From Delftia acidovorans NBRC 14950 (GTDB lineage: Bacteria; Pseudomonadota; Gammaproteobacteria; Burkholderiales; Burkholderiaceae_C): DNA of 32,000 nt. The position numbers and the translations under genes are program-made. Shown here piece after piece: positions 26,694 to 32,000 of the stretch (positions within the stretch are counted from its first letter, which is position 1; every line of letters begins with the position of its first letter). The stretch spans positions 60,001 to 92,000 of the forward strand of contig NZ_BCZP01000007.1 of assembly GCF_001598795.1 (NCBI RefSeq). The letters are read 5' to 3'. A model generated the notes under the pieces. The model worked only from the letters and a program-made list of their open reading frames with translations. It was not told the DNA's origin and made no database searches.

Positions 26694-26777
26694 GGGAAGA
26701 ACTCCTTGTGGGTTGCGCCACGCAAGGCGCGGCGCTGGGGGCATGGGGCCGGATTCTAGGAACGGGGGGTATATATT

Positions 26778-26795
26778 TCCATTCTTCAAAATGGA
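26778..26795. promoter_or_regulatory. Inverted repeat TCCATT-N6-AATGGA in the LysR/amidohydrolase divergent region
   Basis: The arms are a perfect 6 bp, in an AT-rich context, 21 nt upstream of the LysR ATG. The repeat contains T-N11-A spacings. It is a candidate LTTR autoregulatory or activation site. Confidence 0.3.
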
Positions 26796-26815
26796 TTTAT
26801 TCATACCGGATCAAT

Positions 26816-27703
26816 ATGGAAACCCGGCATCTGCGCTACTTTCTCGCGGTGGTGGACCAGGGCAGCGTCAGCCGCGCAGCTGACTGGCTGGGCATTGCAC
26901 AGCCGGCCCTGAGCCAGACCCTGGCCCGCATGGAAAAAGACCTGGGCGTGCAGCTGTTCCAGCGCTCACGCCAGGGCGCCCTGCCCACCCCGGCCGCCCT
27001 GGCCATGCTGGACGACGTGCGCACCAGCGTGGCCCGCATAGATGCCGCCGCCAGCCGCGCGCGCGAGATCGCCAGGGGCAGTGCGGGCCAGTTGACCGTG
27101 GGCCTGGTGTCCTCGGCGCTTTTCGGCACCCTGCCCCGCGCCCTGCGCGCGTTGCGGCAGCAGGCGCCCGGCGTGCGCGTCATCCTGCGCGAGATGAGCA
27201 ATGCCGAGCAGGCCGAGGCCCTGCAGACCGGCGCCATCGACATCGGCCTCATGCACACACCCGTGGCCGTGGGCGGCCGCATGCGCGAGCGCCAGCTGCT
27301 GCGCGAGCGCCTGGTGGCCGCCGTGCCCGATGAATTCCAGATCGGCGAGGACGGCCAGGTCAGCCTGGCCCAGATCGCCGAGGCCGGGCTGGTGATGTAC
27401 CCGCAAGCGCAATTGCCCGTGCTGCATGCCGGCATCCTCGACGCGCTGCGCAAGGCCGGGCACGAGGCCCATGTGGCGCAGGAAGCCAACCGCACCCTCA
27501 CCGTGCTGGCTTGCGTGGCCGGCGGCTGCGGCGTGGCCCTGCTGCCCAGCTGGATACGCTCCATGGACTTTCGCGGCGTGCGCTTTTGCGAGGTGCGTGA
27601 CGGCCAGGCCCTGCCCAGCCTGGACCTCAGCGCCATCTGGCCCGCACGCTCCACGCCCACGCTGGCCGACCTGTTCGCGCACCTGGATCTGGGCAAAGAC
27701 TGA
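26816..27703 (+). CDS. LysR-family transcriptional regulator
   Basis: The ATG at 26816 opens METRHLRYFLAVVDQGSVSRAADWLGIAQPALSQTLARMEKDLGVQLFQR, the LTTR HTH. The gene is divergent from the amidohydrolase-TctC pair. Confidence 0.9.
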   Translation: METRHLRYFLAVVDQGSVSRAADWLGIAQPALSQTLARMEKDLGVQLFQRSRQGALPTPAALAMLDDVRTSVARIDAAASRAREIARGSAGQLTVGLVSSALFGTLPRALRALRQQAPGVRVILREMSNAEQAEALQTGAIDIGLMHTPVAVGGRMRERQLLRERLVAAVPDEFQIGEDGQVSLAQIAEAGLVMYPQAQLPVLHAGILDALRKAGHEAHVAQEANRTLTVLACVAGGCGVALLPSWIRSMDFRGVRFCEVRDGQALPSLDLSAIWPARSTPTLADLFAHLDLGKD

Positions 27704-27853
27704 GCTCTCACTAGCCCGCTGCGACCATGTGCAGCGCGGCACGGCCCGGCACCACCGAGCGCGGCCCGGCGCCCGTGCAAGAAGCGGGATGCGCGTCCGC
27801 CTGCGCCACACTACAAACCGCTTTCCCTCATTCACGGAAAGATAAGGTGCGAG

Positions 27854-28630
27854 ATGCAGCCATCGCCACAGCAACTCCACGGAAAAGTCGCCCTCATCAC
27901 GGGCGCCAGCTCAGGCATAGGACGCGAAGCCGCCAGGCTGTTTGCCCGCCACGGCGCCAGGCTGGTCCTCACGGCCCGCCGCCAGGCGCAACTGCAGACG
28001 CTGGTGGCGGAGATCGAGCACAACGGCGGCCAGGCCATCGCGCTGGCCGGCGACGTGCGGGACGAGCCGCTGGCACAGGCGCTGGTCGAGACCGCCACGG
28101 CGCGCTTTGGTGGCCTGGACATCGCCTTCAACAATGCCGGCATGACCGGCGATCCCTGCGCCCTCCCCGATCTCTCGCTGCAGGCCTGGCAGGACGCCAT
28201 CGCCACCAACCTCACCAGTGCCTTTCTGGGCGCCAAGCACCAGATACCGGCCCTGCTGGCACGCGGCGGCGGCTCGCTGATCTTCACGTCCACCTTCGTG
28301 GGCCATACGGCGGGCCTGCCCGGCATGGGCGCCTATGCCGCCAGCAAGGCCGGCCTCGTCGGCCTCACCCAGGTCATTGCCGCCGAATACGGCCCCCGCG
28401 GCCTGCGCGCCAACGCCCTGCTGCCCGGGGGCACCGACACTCCCATGGGCCGCGCCAGCACCCCCACGCCCGAGGCGCGCGCCTTCGTCGAAAACCTGCA
28501 CGCGCTCAAGCGCCTCGCCACGCCTGCAGAAATCGCGGCGGCGGCGCTGTTTCTGGCGTCGGACGCATCCAGCTTCATCACGGGGACGGCCATGGTGGTC
28601 GATGGTGGCGTGTCCATCAACCGAACTTGA
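27854..28630 (+). CDS. Short-chain dehydrogenase/reductase (classical SDR)
   Basis: 258 aa with TGASSGIG, NNAG and YAASK motifs. Confidence 0.9.
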   Translation: MQPSPQQLHGKVALITGASSGIGREAARLFARHGARLVLTARRQAQLQTLVAEIEHNGGQAIALAGDVRDEPLAQALVETATARFGGLDIAFNNAGMTGDPCALPDLSLQAWQDAIATNLTSAFLGAKHQIPALLARGGGSLIFTSTFVGHTAGLPGMGAYAASKAGLVGLTQVIAAEYGPRGLRANALLPGGTDTPMGRASTPTPEARAFVENLHALKRLATPAEIAAAALFLASDASSFITGTAMVVDGGVSINRT

Positions 28631-28735
28631 ACGAGACCCCTGGCCGGCATGCCCAGGCCAGGGGCCGCAGCGCCTAGACCGCATCTGTCCCATGCGGCTT
28701 ACCGGTACGTCCTGGCCATGCCTGCCCGTGCAACT

Positions 28736-29378
28736 TCAGGGCCGTCGCTGCAATGGCGGCCCGGCTTGATTTCCTGCTTGCCGGGCGTGGATGTTTTGCG
28801 GATCGCCTGCGCCGGCCTTTTCAGGGGGATAGAAAGGAATGGATTCATCCCCGGGCAATGCGCAGTGCTAGGCATGCTCGAAGAAGAAGTAGATGCCTTC
28901 GTGCTGCATCCATCGCGGGACAAGGTCGCAATCGCTTTCGTTGAATTGAACGCAGCAGTCCCCGCTGCGCGATAGCCGCAGGTGAGTTTCTTTCGCAGCG
29001 GATGGCCATAGACGCCCAATACCTGCTCGATGATGTCGGGCACGGTCTGGTTCTGGAAGATGCGAAAGTCGCTCCTGCGCGTGGCCAGCCACAATCAGGG
29101 GCTCAGGCGGGCCTTGCAGGCGTAACCGCGGTGGTTCTGGCCCTGCATGCCCAGGCGGGTGACGATGCCGTCGATGTAGCGCATTGCGCCGCCCTGGATT
29201 TGTATTTCCATGGTGGTGCTTTACCCAATAGGGCCTTGGCGAAGATGCTTTCGCTGAGCATTTCCCAATCGAGGCCGAAAGGCCGGCTGATCTTTTTCCG
29301 CCCGCGCAATTCGAGAAAATGCACTTCATCGCCCAATCGCCTGTGGATCGCGACTCGGCATGTCATTGCGCAAACCAT
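28736..29378 (-). pseudogene. vgrG: Decayed N-terminal remnant of a T6SS VgrG (TssI) spike gene
   Basis: VgrG gp27-like motifs are spread over three minus-strand frames. Frame 1 gives ...VHFLELRGRKKISRPFGLDWEMLSE...LLGK. Frame 2 gives MEIQIQGGAMRYIDGIVTR...ARLSP*LWLATRRSDFRIFQNQTVPDIIEQVL. Frame 3 gives CVQFNESDCDLVPRWMQHEGIYFFFEHA*..LPGDESIPFYPP. A TGA at 29095-29097 replaces the conserved Trp. There is a TAG at 28868-28870, and frameshifts near 29212-29220 and 28960-28985. No gp5, spike or C-terminal part is present. Confidence 0.7.
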
Positions 29379-29841
29379 CCTGGGTGGCAGTTCCGAGGCA
29401 GCCTCCTTTCCCCTTTCAAGGAAACGGATCATGGACAAACGAAGCGCATTGAGGCAATCTACCCGTATTGGCAATACACTGTCCATGTAAGTAATTGCAT
29501 CTCACCTTGGGCCAGCACCGCCTCCAGCAGCCCTTAAGGTAAGCACCACACACACCCTCATTCCAAGCACTCTTCAATCAATAGATCAATTACATCCCAT
29601 TACAGCATTGTTGACGGCTATGGCATTTAACCAGCGCATAAGGTCCATCGAATGCTCACCACATATACTCGCGAAAACTGGCAGGAATGGAGCGTCTGGT
29701 GTCTGTCAAATGGAATTTCTTCTCCTTGGGGCAGAGATCCATTGCACACACTGCATTTCCATGCTTGCGGGACCCGCAGGTAAACACAGTGTAAATTTCA
29801 GCTGTGAGCGCTCGTGAGCACTGATTAATCGCGTCGAGATT

Positions 29842-29856
29842 GTTATAGTAAATAAC
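29842..29856. promoter_or_regulatory. AT-rich palindrome GTTAT-N5-ATAAC immediately upstream of the Fur-family gene (Fur/Zur-box-like)
   Basis: GTTATAGTAAATAAC lies 10 nt before the ATG at 29866. By hand alignment, the extended 19-mer GATTGTTATAGTAAATAAC matches 12 of 19 positions of the classical Fur box GATAATGATAATCATTATC. The arms resemble Zur-box GTTATA/TATAAC arms, but the spacing is different. Confidence 0.35.
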
Positions 29857-29865
29857 GGAACCACC

Positions 29866-30291
29866 ATGACTAGACACACTCAGCCCATCGTGGAGCGCTT
29901 GTTCAGGCCTATGGAACGCTCGACCCGTCAACGCAGCTCGATACGCACGGTCATGGAAGAGGCTGGACGCCCCTTGCTTCCGGCCGAGATCCTCGGCGCC
30001 GCGCAGCGCGAGGTGCCAGCCATCGGGCTGGCCACGGTGTACCGCAACATCAAGCAGCTGATGGAAGCGGGCGAAGTGCAGGCCGTGGACCTGCCCGGCG
30101 AGGCCACGCGCTACGAACTCAGCGGCCGCGCCCACCACCACCATTTCCGCTGCATGAGCTGCAACCGCGTGTTCAACGTGCCCGGCTGTCCGGGCGACAT
30201 GCAGCGCATCGCCCCCGAAGGCTTTGTGGTGGAGCGCCATGAGATGACGCTGTACGGCGTCTGCAGCGACTGCCACCAGAACGTGCAATAA
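29866..30291 (+). CDS. Fur-family metalloregulator (Zur/Fur-like)
   Basis: 141 aa. It has a winged helix (TRQRSSIRTVMEEAGRPLLPAEIL...ATVYRNIKQLMEAGEV), a HHHHFRCMSCNRVF segment and a C-terminal CSDC (two CxxC pairs). The ATG at 29911 is an alternative start. Confidence 0.85.
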   Translation: MTRHTQPIVERLFRPMERSTRQRSSIRTVMEEAGRPLLPAEILGAAQREVPAIGLATVYRNIKQLMEAGEVQAVDLPGEATRYELSGRAHHHHFRCMSCNRVFNVPGCPGDMQRIAPEGFVVERHEMTLYGVCSDCHQNVQ

Positions 30292-30343
30292 CAGGGAGCC
30301 GCCCGCCTCAGGCTCAGCCTCGGGCCCACGGATCAAGAAGATG

Positions 30344-30376
30344 ACAGCCAGCCTGAACCATGGCTGTTTCCTTTTT
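30344..30376 (+). terminator. Rho-independent terminator-like hairpin after the Fur-family gene
   Basis: The stem pairs ACAGCCA (30344-30350) with TGGCTGT (30361-30367) around a 10-nt loop. TTCCTTTTTC follows it. Confidence 0.5.
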
Positions 30377-30391
30377 CACCCGCCCTTTGCC

Positions 30392-31756
30392 TCAGCGCCT
30401 GCCCGGCCGCACGCGGCCTGCGGCAACACCGCCGGCCAGCAAGGCCAGCGCAGCCACCACCCACAGCATTGCCGTCTGCCCCCAGGCCTGCCGCGCAGGC
30501 CGTGGGTTGGCCGTGAAGACGGGCTGGGCTGCAAAATCCTGCGCACCGAATGTGCGGTCCTCAAACAGGTAGGGATAGAGGAAGGCGCGCAGGCGTGCGT
30601 GAAAGGCGGCGATGTCGTCCTGATAGGCCAGTTGCGCCAGCAGGTCGGTGCCGGCCTGGCGGTGCAATGCGGCCTGCACGCCCACGCCGGGCAGCAGCCA
30701 GCCCAGGCGCCCGGTCCAGGCCTGGCGTGCCTGCAGGCCTGCGCGGTAGGCGGCGAACTGGGATGCGACACTTTCATCGCCGAGCTGCTGGAAGGCGTAG
30801 TACCACTTCCAGTGAAAGCCTGCAGGCAGCGGCGCGGTGTCGCGCCATTCGGGGTGGTTGCGGAAAAAGCGCTCCATGGTCTGCTCGCGCGGCAGGTCCC
30901 AGGCGCCATGCACGGTCTGGCGCTGGGCCAGCATCAGCTCCACGCCTTGGCTCACGGGGATGGCGCGCGAGAGTGCGGCATTGGCCAGCGTGGGCAGCAC
31001 CAGGGTCAGCACGGCCCAGCAGCCCATGAGGGCCATGGCATTGGCGACCGAGCTGCCGCCCAGCGCGGCAACCACCAGGCACAGGCCACTCCAGAAAACC
31101 ACATAGGCGGTGGCAGACAGCAGCACCGTGGCAAGGGCGCCCGCCGCTGCCCAGCCGGCCAGTGCGCCTGCCAGGGCAGGCAGCGCCACGCAGGCCAGCA
31201 CCAGCACGGAACGCAGTCCCGCGCGGCGCAGCCACAGCCGCCGCCCGGTGCCAGGCATGGCCTGCAGCATGCCCAGGCGACCCGATTCGCGCTCGCCCGA
31301 GACCAGGTCGTAGAGCAGCGCGATCAGGAACAGCGGCACCAGGTAGACCAGCACAAAGGCGAAGTCGAAGCGGCCCGCCAGCGCCAGCTCCGGGTTGAAG
31401 CTTTCGCCTTCATGCAGCTGTGCCTGCAGCGCCAGGGCGCGCACGCGCAGCACATAGGGCGCGGCATCGCGCAGGCCCAGGGCAAGAAAGGCCGTGGACG
31501 ATGGCGCATCCCAGGTGGCGTGAAAGCCGTAATAGGCCACCGAGCCTGCGTCGCCGGACTGCGCATGCCGGCTTGCCTGGGCCGCCATGTCCTGCTGCTG
31601 CAGTTGCGCAAGGCGGTCCAGGGTCAGGCGTTGCGAGGCGATCTCGCGCAGGCCAGACAGCACGGCCAGCGTGGACAGCAGCAACAGCAAGGCCAGGGCG
31701 CACAGCGCCAGGCGCGAGCGCGTCAGAAGACGCCATTCATGCAGGAGCCAGCTCAT
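30392..31756 (-). CDS. Polytopic membrane protein, ABC-2-type permease-like (DUF3526-like)
   Basis: ORF 30392..31819, trimmed to the ATG at 31756, which overlaps the upstream stop as ATGA. It has several hydrophobic segments plus a soluble region (HPEWRDTAPLPAGFHWKWYYAFQQLGD...FLYPYLF). The DUF3526 assignment is from memory. Confidence 0.6.
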   Translation of the reverse strand: MSWLLHEWRLLTRSRLALCALALLLLLSTLAVLSGLREIASQRLTLDRLAQLQQQDMAAQASRHAQSGDAGSVAYYGFHATWDAPSSTAFLALGLRDAAPYVLRVRALALQAQLHEGESFNPELALAGRFDFAFVLVYLVPLFLIALLYDLVSGERESGRLGMLQAMPGTGRRLWLRRAGLRSVLVLACVALPALAGALAGWAAAGALATVLLSATAYVVFWSGLCLVVAALGGSSVANAMALMGCWAVLTLVLPTLANAALSRAIPVSQGVELMLAQRQTVHGAWDLPREQTMERFFRNHPEWRDTAPLPAGFHWKWYYAFQQLGDESVASQFAAYRAGLQARQAWTGRLGWLLPGVGVQAALHRQAGTDLLAQLAYQDDIAAFHARLRAFLYPYLFEDRTFGAQDFAAQPVFTANPRPARQAWGQTAMLWVVAALALLAGGVAAGRVRPGRR

Positions 31757-32000
31757 CGCGCCACCCTCCCCAGCCGTTGCGTGGCCAGCAGCAAGGCCAC
31801 CGTCAGTACAGCCAGCCATGCCAGCAGCACATAGGCGGCAGGCGCCGCGCGGCGCAGGGCCGCCAGCGGTGGATCGGGCTCGTGGTGGAAATCGGAGACG
31901 CCGCGCCAGTGCTCGTGGCCGATGCGGTTGTCGCGGCTCGATCGGTCGCCCGCATAGCTGAGCTTGTCCACCTGCAGGCGGTTGAGGGCCTGCACCATGC
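31753..32000 (-). CDS. C-terminal end of a second membrane protein (probable DUF3526/ABC-2 permease partner); the gene continues beyond the window
   Basis: The frame is open from the window edge to the TGA at 31753-31755. The last 25 residues are hydrophobic (AAYVLLAWLAVLTVALLLA). It is translationally coupled to the downstream gene. Confidence 0.5.
   Translation of the reverse strand, partial: MVQALNRLQVDKLSYAGDRSSRDNRIGHEHWRGVSDFHHEPDPPLAALRRAAPAAYVLLAWLAVLTVALLLATQRLGRVAR

Noticed and set aside
26744-26804. The N-terminal extension of the LigI-like amidohydrolase (track start at 26804, MNKSILKNGNIY...).
   Set aside because: The extension is AT-rich promoter-like sequence and would leave only 11 nt before the divergent LysR ATG. 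The SD AAGGAG sits 8 nt before the GTG at 26693, which gives an N-terminus of normal length for the family.
27800-27845. The CTTTCC-N9-GGAAAG hairpin upstream of the SDR gene.
   Set aside because: The stem is short with a large loop and no U-tract. It has no clear role.
28649-29490. Plus-strand ORFs 28649..28975 and 29002..29490 in the vgrG remnant region.
   Set aside because: They are mirror frames of the decayed vgrG. All the recognisable VgrG motifs are on the minus strand.
29656-30336. A 226-aa minus-strand ORF overlapping the Fur-family gene, and a 69-aa plus-strand ORF at 29608..29817 in the low-GC spacer.
   Set aside because: The first is antisense to a clearly recognisable Fur-family CDS. 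The second lies in non-coding-looking AT-rich sequence with no SD, no motifs and atypical codon usage. I also tried reading the spacer for Zur-regulated ribosomal protein paralogues (L31/L36) and found none.

Overview
This is a high-GC, almost fully coding chromosomal segment. It looks betaproteobacterial (Burkholderiales, Comamonadaceae-like): it carries two orphan Bug/TctC binding proteins and the gene order known from the Comamonas pmdUKEFDABC operon. The window is mainly one hydroaromatic/aromatic catabolic supercluster, almost all on the minus strand.

Main blocks:
- (a) 6682-11765: a quinate/shikimate funnel operon. It encodes a ShiA-like MHS transporter, an AroE/YdiB-type shikimate dehydrogenase, a porin, a Gfo/Idh/MocA oxidoreductase and a type II dehydroquinase. 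A divergent PcaR-type IclR regulator sits beside it, with a PcaR-like operator in the shared intergenic region.
- (b) 16200-23939: a complete protocatechuate 4,5-cleavage operon, in the order ligU/pmdU, pcaK-like transporter, ligJ, ligK, ligI, ligA, ligB, ligC.
- (c) 14302-16148: directly downstream of (b) and co-oriented, an HPPD-like gene and a TIM-barrel 3-dehydroshikimate dehydratase gene. Together they resemble a split, order-swapped QuiC1. An aldo/keto reductase follows.
- Three small regulator-linked accessory modules each reuse one fold from the pmd operon: GntR + NAD-binding oxidoreductase + TctC + RraA-like (1835-5331), LysR + LigI-like amidohydrolase + TctC (24823-27703), and the Gfo/Idh/MocA enzyme inside the quinate operon.
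- Left edge: a translationally coupled DUF4166-like / saccharopine-dehydrogenase-like pair, with a divergent small darcynin-like gene.
- Right part: an SDR, a heavily decayed vgrG (T6SS spike) N-terminal remnant, a stretch of about 490 nt with much lower GC, a Fur-family regulator preceded by an AT-rich palindrome, and two overlapping DUF3526-like membrane protein genes that run off the window.

I saw no rRNA, tRNA, CRISPR array, transposase or integrase. I also saw no convincing multi-gene defence-type system. The best candidates for undescribed biology are:
- the split and permuted dehydroshikimate dehydratase;
- the unexplained oxidoreductase in the quinate operon;
- the LigI-like/TctC module next to the pmd operon;
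- the GntR-controlled trio;
- a secreted protein with an Arg/His/Asp-rich tail.

All family calls come from reading the translated ORFs and remembering family motifs. None has been checked by a database search.
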